In this document: positions 10,066 to 20,889 of the stretch, piece by piece
How positions within the stretch are numbered: position 1 is the stretch's first letter
Layout of the letters: each line of letters begins with the position of its first letter
Virus record (IMG/VR): IMGVR_UViG_3300024259_000012
Reading direction: 5' to 3' (one strand)
Origin: a virus
Length of the DNA: 64,000 nt
Position numbers and translations under genes: made by a program
The notes under the pieces: generated by a model
Seen by the model: the letters and a program-made list of their open reading frames with translations, nothing else
Told to the model about the DNA's origin: nothing
Database searches by the model: none

Positions 10066-10498
10066 TAAAATTTAACTCCTATGGTTATAAATAATATTCC
10101 AATAAAAAACAACGCCCATATCATTCCACCAGTTATCCATTGAATGTCCAGCCCAAATATGTGCCACTTGTAATCCTTGTCTTTATAAATACTGAGACTA
10201 TGTAGTTTAATGCCATCTCATATAGTGAGGCACCAACAAACCACGCCCCGATTCCAAGCGTGAAAAAATTGAACGCTCCCATATCTGTAAAATATGCAAT
10301 TATAACGGCACCCCAGATTCCAATGTTTTCAAACAATCGCCATCCGTGATAGTCCATCAAGCCGTTATGTGCGGCATTTGGGTGAATTAACTTATTGGCC
10401 AATCTTTGTTTCTGACTCGCCCAAGTATACCCTTCAGTAACACCTTCGGATATCCAATATAAAATGATGCACGATATAAATAAAATTTCTAAAACCAT
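10066..10498 (-). CDS. Membrane protein with apparent 1-nt frameshift near 10195
   Basis: Shifted frame continues IYKDKDYKWHIFG...WALFFIGILFITIGVKF-TAA. Confidence 0.55.
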
Positions 10499-10556
10499 TC
10501 TGTCTCCTTTATAGATGCGGTGTGCCCGTTAAGACACACCGTTATCATCATTTTGT

Positions 10557-11372
10557 TTAGCGTTTGGTTCCACAGCTTGCGCAGAAGTTTTCACCCTTCT
10601 TCAAGCGTCTGCCACAGTTGGTGCAATACGTTCTGATATCGCTTGCCTGCTGTCGTTGCTGACTCTCAGGAAGTATCTGATACGTTACTGTGCAACGTGG
10701 AGATATTTCAAACTCATTGTCTACAGACACCAAATTCTGATTAGAGTGTCCACCCTTTTCAGTCATTCCGGTTTCTATTGATTTTGTAAGACAGCGTTTC
10801 CGTGTGTTGTCAGTTGTAGCATCGGTCAACAATGATTTAGATGTGTTGGCAGTTGATGCGTGATATACATTACACGAATCAAAAGTGCTACTGATAGTGC
10901 CCGAGCTTGACCCAATAAAGGAATTGTCAAACGGAGTTGAAGATGTGTATGTCCACTGGTCTGGCCAAGCGGCTGTGCTCGTGTTTGAACAGGTTCAGCT
11001 AATGCTATTGTTTAAGGCTTGCTCTTTATAGAAATCAATTTCTACAAGACCATTCTTAGCAATCGCATGTCGTACCTGTTGGTTGCTTCCGTCTACATCA
11101 TACGTGGAAAATTTGAACTTGCGTGGGTCATCCGGATATCTTTCAAGAAAGACTCGTTGACCTGGATTCAATACAAGACCGCCACCGGACAGTGGCTTTC
11201 CATCAAGTTTAATTATACCCATTCAAACATCTTGGGTAGGATTAAACATCTCAATTTCGTATTCGGTGTTGGGTTTCATGTAAACTTGTCCATCATAGTT
11301 CTTGATACGACATTTGTTTACGGTTAGGTGTGCTTCTGGTTGTGTGGCAACGCCACAATAGGATTGTTTCAT
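10557..11372 (-). CDS. Phage protein with C-terminal double zinc ribbon; one gene with two in-frame TGA (11223-11225, 10995-10997) read as Trp
   Basis: ATG 11372 with AAGGAG RBS; continuous frame ...FNPTQDV*MGIIKLDG...NNSIS*TCSN...YCTNCG...NFCASCG-TAA. Confidence 0.85.
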
Positions 11373-11515
11373 AACAGTTCTCCTTTATATTAGTATAGTC
11401 CACAAAATGATTTGTTGCCTCTATGACAACTCAAAAGGTCTCTTACCTCTCATCTCATAAACATGAGTTACTTTAATATAAGTAGTGCTGTTCTGAAAAA
11501 AACACCGAAAAAAAT

Positions 11516-11543
11516 GTGGGCAGGATGTGTGAACCCTGCCCAC
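11516..11543 (-). terminator. Rho-independent terminator
   Basis: GTGGGCAGG/CCTGCCCAC stem followed by a T-run on the - strand. Confidence 0.7.
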
Positions 11544-11555
11544 GGAGACACAACT

Positions 11556-12050
11556 TTATTTTATGTTTCTAATCAACTGAGGTGGAGTTGAAAGCTTCAA
11601 CGGCTCATCTACCAAGAGATAACCTTTGTTCCACTCTCCATACACTCCTTCGGTTGTGAAGAAAAAGATAGCGTCGCCATTTGTTCCATAGCTACCATCT
11701 TCAGCGGGTGACGGAAGAACCGCACCATTGCGAGTATATTTTTCAGGGTTAGTAATCTGACTATTTACACTTGAGACTTTTCCCTTGATGGTGTAAAACG
11801 CCATGACCTTACCAAAATCAATCAGATAAATGTAGCTAACTTTGTTGGGGTCGTTCCAACGATTTGTCCTGTTGTTGATATTCTCACGTTCAAGACTCCA
11901 ATCCAAACTGGCGGGCGGCTGTGCATTCAACAGCTTTGACTGATTTTGTTCAGTGCGCCTTTCCTCTTGACGGGCATAATTTTGCGGTGGTTCACATCCC
12001 ATGAACACAAGCGCAAAAATGATTACAATTAAAATGCTTCTTTTAAACAT
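11556..12050 (-). CDS. Lipoprotein, paralog B
   Basis: Signal peptide with lipobox FMGC; near-identical core to upstream gene. Confidence 0.8.
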   Translation of the reverse strand: MFKRSILIVIIFALVFMGCEPPQNYARQEERRTEQNQSKLLNAQPPASLDWSLERENINNRTNRWNDPNKVSYIYLIDFGKVMAFYTIKGKVSSVNSQITNPEKYTRNGAVLPSPAEDGSYGTNGDAIFFFTTEGVYGEWNKGYLLVDEPLKLSTPPQLIRNIK

Positions 12051-12061
12051 TCCGAATCTCC

Positions 12062-12568
12062 TTATTTAATATTACGAACAAGTTGTGGTGGAGTTGACAG
12101 CTTGAGTGGTTCATCAACAAGCAGATACTTGCCGTTCCATTCGCCGTATACACCTTCTGTGGTGAAGAAAAAGATAGCATCACCATTTGAACCGTAGCTT
12201 CCATCTTCCGCTGGGCTTGGTAAAACTACGTTACCCTGTCCGCCTCTAACTTTTTTTTCAGGATTAGTAATCTGACTATTCACACTGGAAACTTTTCCCT
12301 TGATTGTGTGGAATGCCATGACTTTGCCAAAGTCAATAAGATAGATGTAGCTGACCTTGTTTGGGTCATTCCATCGGTTCGTTCGGTTATTGATATTCTC
12401 TCGCTCCAAGCTCCAGTCCAAACTGACCGGTGGCTGTGCACTCAACAGCTTTGACTGATTCTGCGAAGTGCGTTTTTCTTCCTTTTGGGCATAACCATCT
12501 TCAAAACATCCTGTGAAGGACATCATCAATACTAATGCCATGACTACAATTGTAAATTTCTTAAACAT
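12062..12568 (-). CDS. Lipoprotein, paralog A
   Basis: Lipobox FTGC; GKVSSVNSQ and PAEDGSYG motifs. Confidence 0.8.
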   Translation of the reverse strand: MFKKFTIVVMALVLMMSFTGCFEDGYAQKEEKRTSQNQSKLLSAQPPVSLDWSLERENINNRTNRWNDPNKVSYIYLIDFGKVMAFHTIKGKVSSVNSQITNPEKKVRGGQGNVVLPSPAEDGSYGSNGDAIFFFTTEGVYGEWNGKYLLVDEPLKLSTPPQLVRNIK

Positions 12569-12580
12569 GTGTATCTCCTT

Positions 12581-13033
12581 TTACTGTAATTCAAATGGCA
12601 ATTCAGAACCCTTAAAAACGCTACGTGTCGCCATTTTTGACCGAGCATTATAGGTTGCGACCATATCGGCTCGCTGATTTTGTAGTCCAAGTACAATGGA
12701 ACTCAGACGACCATATTCAGTCTTGTCTTCAAAATCCCACTCTGAACGTGGACCCATCCCATCCTTGAAACTTGTAATGGAAGTTTCAGCATTTCCAATC
12801 TTGACATCTATTGCTTTGACGCTTTGATAGGTCTGCTTGAACCATTCATAGTTTGTGATTATGTTGTTGGTGCCGGATACTTGTACTGCTACCCGACCTG
12901 GGGCAGATGCAACGTATAACCATCTTCCACCAACTCCAAATACAACCACAATCAAAAGTACCAGTGGAATGATTTTCCAAACTGTCCACTTCGCATCACT
13001 AATTACGGTTGTTGCTTCGTTTCTGTAATTCAT
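12581..13033 (-). CDS. Single-TM protein with helical exported domain
   Basis: N-terminal TM; NYEWF...YNA.S motifs. Confidence 0.75.
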   Translation of the reverse strand: MNYRNEATTVISDAKWTVWKIIPLVLLIVVVFGVGGRWLYVASAPGRVAVQVSGTNNIITNYEWFKQTYQSVKAIDVKIGNAETSITSFKDGMGPRSEWDFEDKTEYGRLSSIVLGLQNQRADMVATYNARSKMATRSVFKGSELPFELQ

Positions 13034-13048
13034 TCTGTATCTCCTTTT

Positions 13049-14110
13049 TTAGAATGTTCCATCTATCATATTTTGATAGTTGGGTCGAATTAAATTTCCA
13101 ATATCTGTATTGACCAATTTAGTTACTTGCTTGCGCTCCTTTTTTGGAAGGTCGGTCAACCCGCCGCCATTTGGATTATCAAGCATGTGGTCTTTGATTA
13201 CATCAGCATTCATTTGACCCATGATTTTTCCAAAGTCTTTTTGACCTACTGCTCCAATTTTAGACAGCACGTTGCGAAGCCTGTTCTCAGTAACATTTGC
13301 TTTCATGTCCTGATATACAGCCACTTGTCGGTCACTCATTGGAGTTGCAATTTTTTCAACCTTGACCTTTTGCTTCTCGGTGAATCTTTGATTCTTATTT
13401 TTAAGAGAAACAAAAGACCCGCTACCCATGTACGTTGGCACATCTGGGGAAATGACAACACCCTCAATGATGTTACCCTTCTCCTCACCCCAAAGTCCTT
13501 TGAATCTCTCCAATGGAACGTTTGGTAGACCGTGCATCATTGAAATCTGTGAAACAGAATCATTTGGGACCTTCAACATTTCTTCAAATGAGCCGATTCC
13601 AAGAATAGGCACAGCGGGAATATCAAATTGCTCAAACATTTCAAGACCGTCCAACATGCCGATAAAATCACCATCTACCATGATTCGGTATCCGATGAAA
13701 TCATTATGCGGGCAGTAAAATACTTTATCGCTTGCAATGCGTGAGGCATTAGGTGCCGAAGTCGGGTCTGCTGTTGGGTAGTAACCACCGTACAATTCCC
13801 CGTACATACGAACATCGACTGCCTTGAACTCAGCTTTGACAAACTTACGAATCTCAAGAACGTTCGGTTGGTATTTTTCAACTACGGTATCGCAACTGAA
13901 AAAGCTCTTGTAGTCTCCTGGGGCAAGCATAGAGTTTCGCTTACCTGCACGAAAGTCCTTACTGTTAGCCCACATGGAGAAGTTTGCACCGTCAACCTTT
14001 TCGGTTGCGACCCAAATCCCACCGGCCAATCCGTTTTGCATAATGTAGTTGACAGTCAATTGCCGACTTGCATTATCAATATCGTTAAATCTTTTAAATT
14101 TCATAGTCAT
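13049..14110 (-). CDS. rnl2: RNA ligase, Rnl2 family
   Basis: EKVDGANF motif I, GELYGG, EGVV and K.KN..F.E motifs; Rnl2-like C-terminal domain (NVLSKIG). Confidence 0.9.
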   Translation of the reverse strand: MTMKFKRFNDIDNASRQLTVNYIMQNGLAGGIWVATEKVDGANFSMWANSKDFRAGKRNSMLAPGDYKSFFSCDTVVEKYQPNVLEIRKFVKAEFKAVDVRMYGELYGGYYPTADPTSAPNASRIASDKVFYCPHNDFIGYRIMVDGDFIGMLDGLEMFEQFDIPAVPILGIGSFEEMLKVPNDSVSQISMMHGLPNVPLERFKGLWGEEKGNIIEGVVISPDVPTYMGSGSFVSLKNKNQRFTEKQKVKVEKIATPMSDRQVAVYQDMKANVTENRLRNVLSKIGAVGQKDFGKIMGQMNADVIKDHMLDNPNGGGLTDLPKKERKQVTKLVNTDIGNLIRPNYQNMIDGTF

Positions 14111-14115
14111 TTTCC

Positions 14116-14796
14116 TTAATCCTCCAATTCGCTTTTTACTACTCTGCCACAGCCGTTAGGACATTCCATGTCATCTTCAATTTCCGTGTCTAAAAAATAG
14201 GTACTGCACTGTTTGCATTCCCATTCGTCTTCTTTCTCTTGAGGTGGCCACGGTTTCCAATAAACATCCTCGCCACCCAATGCTCCATGCTCTCCATGAA
14301 ACACCCGTTCATATTCTCCATTTGGAAATGGGTGTTTATTTCCACGCTCGTCCATCTCATAATAACTGCGAGAAAATTCGCCCGTATAAACTCCATCACT
14401 CATCCCAGGAAATGTGTACATAACTTTTTGACCATCTTCTGGTTCGTTGTCAAATGCACGTATCCAATCTTCATGCTCTTCAATCTGTTCTGTCCGAGCT
14501 TCATATCTCAGTCGGTCATCATTGCTTCCCCAACAGATATCACTGCGACCATAATAATTTTCGGCGATGTAAAATTCCAAATTGGAAGTTTCAACCTTAC
14601 CTGTTAACTTATCAATTAACACAGGACCGATACCATCGGCACTATCAGGGTCATCATCATACCATGGCAGTGAAACATATATCAATAAATTGAAATCATC
14701 CTCGAATATGATTTTTTCCATGTAATAGAAATTCTCAACCTTGCCACGGTCATCATATAATCTAACCCGCATTGAGTACGTGTCAAGCATTAACAA
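14116..14796 (-). CDS. Hypothetical protein with C-terminal zinc ribbon
   Basis: CKQC...CPNGCG. Confidence 0.65.
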   Translation of the reverse strand: MLMLDTYSMRVRLYDDRGKVENFYYMEKIIFEDDFNLLIYVSLPWYDDDPDSADGIGPVLIDKLTGKVETSNLEFYIAENYYGRSDICWGSNDDRLRYEARTEQIEEHEDWIRAFDNEPEDGQKVMYTFPGMSDGVYTGEFSRSYYEMDERGNKHPFPNGEYERVFHGEHGALGGEDVYWKPWPPQEKEDEWECKQCSTYFLDTEIEDDMECPNGCGRVVKSELED

Positions 14797-14871
14797 TTTG
14801 CCAATACTGTAAACATCACAACCAATATGCCAACAATCAATACACCAAGTGGTGCCAAAAATAAATCTTTT

Positions 14872-15966
14872 TTAGTCAGTTTCATATATTTTTCCACCCA
14901 TTCCTATGCTCACATCCACATGTTCCGGACGCATCAGTTTCCATATCAGTCCAGCATAATCCTTTTCATCCAACATTGCAAACAAAATATTTGCGTGCTT
15001 GTGATTCTGAAAGTGCAATGCGTATTCTTTCCGAATTTCTGAATCAGGGGTGTCTTCATTTATGTTGCCGAAGATAGCCCACGCATCCATGGCCTCGCAC
15101 ACTTCTTCAAATATGCCAATGTACTCACGCTCTTTGGCTTTGAAATCTTTAGTCAAGTTACTTGCAACACTATTTGCCCACTTGAATAATTCATCAGGGG
15201 CACCCTCAGTGGCATCAACAACGTTGCCGCCACCCTTTAAGATTTCCCAAATCCCACGTTCGTTCAGTCCAGTAACAACCTTGTGAAGTGAAACATATGT
15301 TGGAAATTTAATTTTGCAACGGATGTTAGATGGGATGAATCTCAAGCATAATCCCTCAGACTTTTCCCAATCAAAAGTTTTCATTTCTGCAATTGACTTG
15401 TATGCATATTTCTTAGTCGTTGGAAAATCAGAATCACTTCCAACATTCATTGCTTCCATACCCGATTCTGTATGAATTTCAGCCAACAAAATCAAATCTT
15501 CCATGTCTCCATAATCCAAAACAATTCTGTTCTGAGGATATATGATTTCAAACACATAAGTATAATCGGAATTCAAATCTACATTAGGATACTTCTCTTC
15601 CAAAATAAGATTCGCCATCATAGCCTGTTCACTTTGAAATGAACCACGACTTGCTATGTGCAATTTACCATCTACAAAATATGAGATGCCTTCAGACCCA
15701 TCAACCTTTTCAGAAACCTCAAACGCTTCTCCAACCGGAGCAACAAATTCTGGCTCGGATTCATTGAAAAATTTTCCGAAAGGTCTTGATATAACATTGC
15801 CTTCACCGTCTAAAATTAAACCACGGCACATCAATGTCCATTCATTCCAGTATCTTTCAAACTGAGTTTTGTGGGTATAGTTGTATATCCACAAATCTAA
15901 TGTAGGATGTTTTTGACGCTTGATATATTTCTGGTCAAGCAATTCCTGTGGAATTAATATTTTCAT
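14872..15966 (-). CDS. rnl1: RNA ligase, Rnl1 (T4 RnlA) family
   Basis: CRGLI, RPF.KFFN, EKVDGS, SRGSF, FEII.P.NRIV..Y, EG and KIK motifs. Confidence 0.9.
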   Translation of the reverse strand: MKILIPQELLDQKYIKRQKHPTLDLWIYNYTHKTQFERYWNEWTLMCRGLILDGEGNVISRPFGKFFNESEPEFVAPVGEAFEVSEKVDGSEGISYFVDGKLHIASRGSFQSEQAMMANLILEEKYPNVDLNSDYTYVFEIIYPQNRIVLDYGDMEDLILLAEIHTESGMEAMNVGSDSDFPTTKKYAYKSIAEMKTFDWEKSEGLCLRFIPSNIRCKIKFPTYVSLHKVVTGLNERGIWEILKGGGNVVDATEGAPDELFKWANSVASNLTKDFKAKEREYIGIFEEVCEAMDAWAIFGNINEDTPDSEIRKEYALHFQNHKHANILFAMLDEKDYAGLIWKLMRPEHVDVSIGMGGKIYETD

Positions 15967-16657
15967 CTTTTAATGTGTCCTCGTTCCGCCAGTTCCAATT
16001 TAATTCGTGACATCTCCAATAGCATTTCATCCATTTGAGAATATGTCACCGCACCAATATTTATAATCTTACGACGGGCTTTGAAATATCCCATCAGCCG
16101 ATTGTCAGTTAATTTCCCCAACTGCTCCAATGTTTTAAAATCGTAGCGTTTCATTCTTCTACCTCATATGAATCAATATCATAACTAAAAGATTTATATT
16201 TCGCAAGCTCAGCTACAACATACGCTTTCGCCAACTCTTCGCTTGTAAATACTTTGTCAACATAAGCATGTCCACAACATCCGTCACCGCATGATGCATA
16301 CATGTCTTCACGGGTTACTACATAAACTTTCATGATGCCATGCCATCATCAATGTTATGCACACGTCGTTTGAATCGGTCTGAATATTCTTCAGTCACTG
16401 GACCAAGACAATTTGGTTCAAACCCAAAGATGCCAGTAAACATGTCATCAGAATCCTTAGAAGCAAAATGAATCCAAGTGTCTTCTGGTGTTGATAGACC
16501 GAGTAAAACCGCACGTTCTCCACGGCTTTCGGTTTCGGACTTCCACTTAGCAAAGCCTTCAGTTTCTTTTATGGCTTTGGTAAAGATACTTGACATGTCG
16601 CCCGTTGCATATTCCCATACTTTCATGCAATCTCCTTTTCGTTACCCATAAGATAAC

Positions 16658-17611
16658 CTATACAGAACATGATGCAAGTAATATTTCATTTTTAAATTTG
16701 TATATCATCTCATTAAGAGATAAATATTTTTCGGCTAACGTTCTATTTGCCTTCCCCATTGACATGTCATATTGTGATATCATATCCACCAAACTGTCCG
16801 ACGTTGATATGAATATCTTCTCAGCCCAGCCGGAACAATTCCGGAATAGCAATGTTTCAAAATTATGTTTTGTAATCCAACCATCTGACAGCCCACCCGT
16901 GCTTTCAAGTATACCATTAGACAATAACGTATCACGGCCAACTGAACTGTCCTCGTTGTGCCCAAATATTAATACAGGCTTGCCCATGGCCATGGCTTCA
17001 TATGCGCTTCTACCATATGCCATCACAAAATCAGCGGCTTCCAATTTTGATGTAATGTTATCAGTGATGCGCTCATTCCAAATCAGGTTAAGATTGAGTT
17101 TTTCACAGGCATCAAACACCATTTGTTGTGGGGCGACCCTGTTGTGAAAATAACATGTTGTTGGTACTTGTTGTGGCACACGCTTGGGGCTAAATTTTTT
17201 AAGGTCTATCCCATTTACAATGTGCGTGTCCGCCCCTAATACTTCACACGACCTTCCTGATATGGTTATGTGACGGGTATGTTTCAATTTTGGATTTACG
17301 TTGTCAACCATACTGCTATGACTAACAAAAATTGTTTTCTTAGCAACCCGCAAAGCTGTTGTCTCATTGAATGTATTACATAAAATTGCAACATCATACT
17401 GAGCGGCATTGTCTAATTGATACCACAATTGATGTCCTATTAAAGATTTATTGTAGTCAGCGTTCGAAATCATTTCCGGATTGGACGCTTCATATAACAC
17501 ATCTATTTCAAACTCAAATTTTGAAAGTCCCAATATCAAATCTCTTGCCCAAATGGAAACGCCGGTATAATGATTGATGGCAAGTATTACAAGAAGTTTA
17601 ATATGATTCAT
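16658..17611 (-). CDS. GT-B (GT4-like) glycosyltransferase
   Basis: I.NGID...F.P and GRSAYEAMAMGKPV motifs. Confidence 0.75.
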   Translation of the reverse strand: MNHIKLLVILAINHYTGVSIWARDLILGLSKFEFEIDVLYEASNPEMISNADYNKSLIGHQLWYQLDNAAQYDVAILCNTFNETTALRVAKKTIFVSHSSMVDNVNPKLKHTRHITISGRSCEVLGADTHIVNGIDLKKFSPKRVPQQVPTTCYFHNRVAPQQMVFDACEKLNLNLIWNERITDNITSKLEAADFVMAYGRSAYEAMAMGKPVLIFGHNEDSSVGRDTLLSNGILESTGGLSDGWITKHNFETLLFRNCSGWAEKIFISTSDSLVDMISQYDMSMGKANRTLAEKYLSLNEMIYKFKNEILLASCSV

Positions 17612-17769
17612 TCCGAGATAGAGTAGTCTTTTCTAACAGAACCATAACGATGCCCTGAACCGTTGGAAAACTGCAATCGCCGGTTGTAACACCAACCCGC
17701 TCCATGGATATGACTCGCCAACCCGCTTTCAATTCTGTTTCTAAATGTTCTGTTGTATCATCGCCTACA

Positions 17770-18240
17770 CTAACCGACATCAATTTTTGTTGTGTCTTCA
17801 TCTTGTATTACCTCTCCTAAATATTCATAATTTTTTAAAGCTTTGACCAATGAGTGATACAAATAGTCATCCTTCTCATCCCAAGTAATCCATTTGAATT
17901 CGAACAGTTCAGGAAATTTCTTTCCCTCATATTCATAGAACGATGAGCATTTCAATTTTGTTTGTGCTTGCCGCTTGGTCAGCCGGAACACATTTATGAA
18001 CAGCTTTTTATTTTTCAAATAATCAATTGGTCCGATGCCATACACAAACTGAGTCAGTCCCGTTCCGCCGGACTTAATATGAATTCCGGTTTCTTCCTTA
18101 GCTTCACGAATGGACGCTTCAACTGGGGATTCAAATTCTCCAATCTCACCTTTGGGAAAATCCCACCTGTCATGATTGGGTGCCTTACCAATAAGGAACC
18201 TACCATCGTAAATCATTAATGCTACAGCGGACTGTTTCAT
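17770..18240 (-). CDS. NUDIX hydrolase
   Basis: Nudix box PKG...E....A..REAKEETG. Confidence 0.9.
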   Translation of the reverse strand: MKQSAVALMIYDGRFLIGKAPNHDRWDFPKGEIGEFESPVEASIREAKEETGIHIKSGGTGLTQFVYGIGPIDYLKNKKLFINVFRLTKRQAQTKLKCSSFYEYEGKKFPELFEFKWITWDEKDDYLYHSLVKALKNYEYLGEVIQDEDTTKIDVG

Positions 18241-18558
18241 TTCTTCACCTTTATTCTATATGACCGTTCTCTCGGAGTGTCAACCGTTTTCTCAAACATC
18301 GTACATGCAGGTTGTTTCATCAACGACCACCAAGAAAGTCTCCCGTCTCGTGGCATATCAAGCAAATGATTCATTTCAATGTCCATTGAAATTTCATCTT
18401 CTTTCATATGAACTGCTTCAAGGTTGATATAATTCCGAGTATTCCAAATCTCTAATTTGGTATTGCCATATTCGTAAGAGCCAGTCGCCGCTGTTCTAAT
18501 TCTCTGAATAACGGTCTTGACATCACGGTGGGCGCAGAATCTTTTTATTGTATCCCGT

Positions 18559-19344
18559 TTAATATTCCAAATACTCCTTATAAAAATCCACCACCAATTG
18601 ATTGATTGCATCCTTGTCGGGGTGGTGTGGAATCAAGTTAGTTTCATTTGCTACTTCTGCAAGGTCTTTTAAATCCGCATCCATCTTTTTAACATAGTTA
18701 TAAAAGTCAGTTGCATCAGAAAATGCTTCACCGGTTCTAATGCTCTTCAAAAATTCCAAATCCGGACCTTGGAAATTTGGATTCAAAGTTCCATTGGACA
18801 AGATTTCTTGGGCGTTTAACATCAAGCGAACAGTGTGCATCGCATATTTAGAATCATATGGGTCATCCTTTGGGCCAACAATGTATTTATCACGCAGGGT
18901 TCCATGGCTTGATTTGTGTTTGGAACGCTGAACCTGAGACATCGCATATCCAGAATAAGTGTAATAGCACTTCTGAGTCAAGAACATATACCGATTATCA
19001 ATGAAATACCTCTTGAACATTGGATGCATATAAATTGAATAGTCATCAATAAACAACAATTCCAATACATTTGGATTTGCGTTCATAGCAAGCTTTACAA
19101 ATTTGTGCAGTCCATGCAAAGTGATGTCCTCAGATTTATGCACCCGAGAATTTTCACTACCTTTGGCGTCGCCAAGCGGATACAGTCCAATGACATCTTT
19201 TTCTTCGTTAGCAAAGATTCCACGATAGTCGTAATCTGAATCGGCATTGTTGGTTCCGTATACACGGGAACCGGACAATACTAAATACAGTAAGGTGGGT
19301 TCAGCTTTGAGAATCTGTTCTACAATATGTTTTTGATATTCCAT
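18559..19344 (-). CDS. Pol-beta superfamily nucleotidyltransferase (YcgL/RlaP-like)
   Basis: GSRVYG...SDYDYRG, NPN..E.L and K.AMH..RL motifs. Confidence 0.85.
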   Translation of the reverse strand: MEYQKHIVEQILKAEPTLLYLVLSGSRVYGTNNADSDYDYRGIFANEEKDVIGLYPLGDAKGSENSRVHKSEDITLHGLHKFVKLAMNANPNVLELLFIDDYSIYMHPMFKRYFIDNRYMFLTQKCYYTYSGYAMSQVQRSKHKSSHGTLRDKYIVGPKDDPYDSKYAMHTVRLMLNAQEILSNGTLNPNFQGPDLEFLKSIRTGEAFSDATDFYNYVKKMDADLKDLAEVANETNLIPHHPDKDAINQLVVDFYKEYLEY

Positions 19345-19394
19345 AATTTCCTTTCAACGTCTATGATACAAAAAATAAATTTTGATGTCAAGTG

Positions 19395-20024
19395 TTATTT
19401 CAATAATATATTCATAGGCTGAAGCGTATTCAAATCATTTCGGATGAATGAAAATTCATTCATGCCACCGAGTGGATGCGCATCACCGTGTTTTGTTGTT
19501 CGAAGCATTTCAACCTTATCGTTCCCACTTGACCAAACACAAGAATATCCCATGCCAAGGATAGCATCTATCAGCACAACCGAATCCTCAAGTGTATGAT
19601 GGTTATCCGTAAAATCATGTATCTCCAATGTGATTTGTTCAAAGGTCGGAGATTTTAATGTATCAAAAATATCATATTCAGCACCCTCTACATCCAATTT
19701 TAAAACATGGATATCACCATACTCTTTTTGGATTTGTTCAAGGGTAATTGTTGGAAATGTTTTTGTTTCCTTGCCACCCACATCAACAGACCAATATACT
19801 CCGGAGTATGTGAATTCCAATTCTGGCGCAGAGCCATCAGCAACCAATGCCTTTGTTATCATGTGGCAATGGCTTGGGAGCGGTTGAGGGAAAGCTACGT
19901 CAACACCTATTAAGGTCTTGACCTGTTTACTCAACAACTGTTCAAATTCGTTTTTCGTGCCTGCTCCGGCGCATACAGCAACTGTTTTAGTTTTGTCTAA
20001 CAAATTGTAATCAAGAAAATACAT
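19395..20024 (-). CDS. FkbM-family methyltransferase
   Basis: TITL......I.VLKLDVEGAEY..QI..E.H. Confidence 0.8.
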   Translation of the reverse strand: MYFLDYNLLDKTKTVAVCAGAGTKNEFEQLLSKQVKTLIGVDVAFPQPLPSHCHMITKALVADGSAPELEFTYSGVYWSVDVGGKETKTFPTITLEQIQKEYGDIHVLKLDVEGAEYDIFDTLKSPTFEQITLEIHDFTDNHHTLEDSVVLIDAILGMGYSCVWSSGNDKVEMLRTTKHGDAHPLGGMNEFSFIRNDLNTLQPMNILLK

Positions 20025-20889
20025 TATACCAACTCCAAAACTCTATGTGGCCAATAGTTTCCATCGTGACAAAGCACTCCAATTTCAATACCACAATCTT
20101 TGGCAACAGTTAATACTGGGGACTCACCTCTATTTTTATTCAGAGATATTGTGTGGTACATGTCTTGCGTCCACACCCGTTTCCAACCACCGGTGTTACC
20201 ATGCAGTCTTCCAATGACCTTTACCTTGTCATCCTTTTTATACTCCGTTATCATCATTTACCTCATTCTTTACACCACCTGCAATAAGCGTAGCCGCAAT
20301 AACCTTTGCCATTGTAGCTCTTGCAGTATCCGACCCAATATTAAATTGAGTATGTTGAAGGTCATCCAACACCTCTTTGATGGTTTCGTTAAGCGTCTTC
20401 ATCTGTTTTCTCCTTTTTCAAATACCAAATATAAATACAACCTGTCCAATATGATGGCAGGTATTTGAAGGACTCCAACCAAGTTTCAGACCATTCAAAA
20501 ATATCACCAATGGCCAAGCCACCAATCACAGTAAAGAGGCACATCCATGCCCAGTTGTTTTTAAATCTAATCTTCATCATACACCTCTTTATATATTTTA
20601 TCGTATAGCTCTTCAACACCTTCATGTTTGCTGAGCATATTGTATAGTGCTATACCCATTTTATATCCGAATTCTATTGAGCGGAAATTGGTTTCGCAAT
20701 ACAATCCATGTTCAGATGGAATGCGACGACGAAGACTCTCAATCTCTTCAAGTAGGTCACGCTTCAAAACAGCCTCATCGCACATGCAATCATACGTGGT
20801 TGAACGTTCGCTGTAATTTAATTCCCCTTCAATATCTTCGCCGCAAAATAAACATGGCGTGTCCATCAATGCAAGTTTTCTCTGAGTCA

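Noticed and set aside
10066-10498. Programmed frameshifting here and near 22980, 39140, 53732 and 63700
   Set aside because: Single-base shifts, mostly at short homopolymers, without slippery heptamers; sequencing indels or decay are more likely. Indels cannot explain the in-frame TGA codons.
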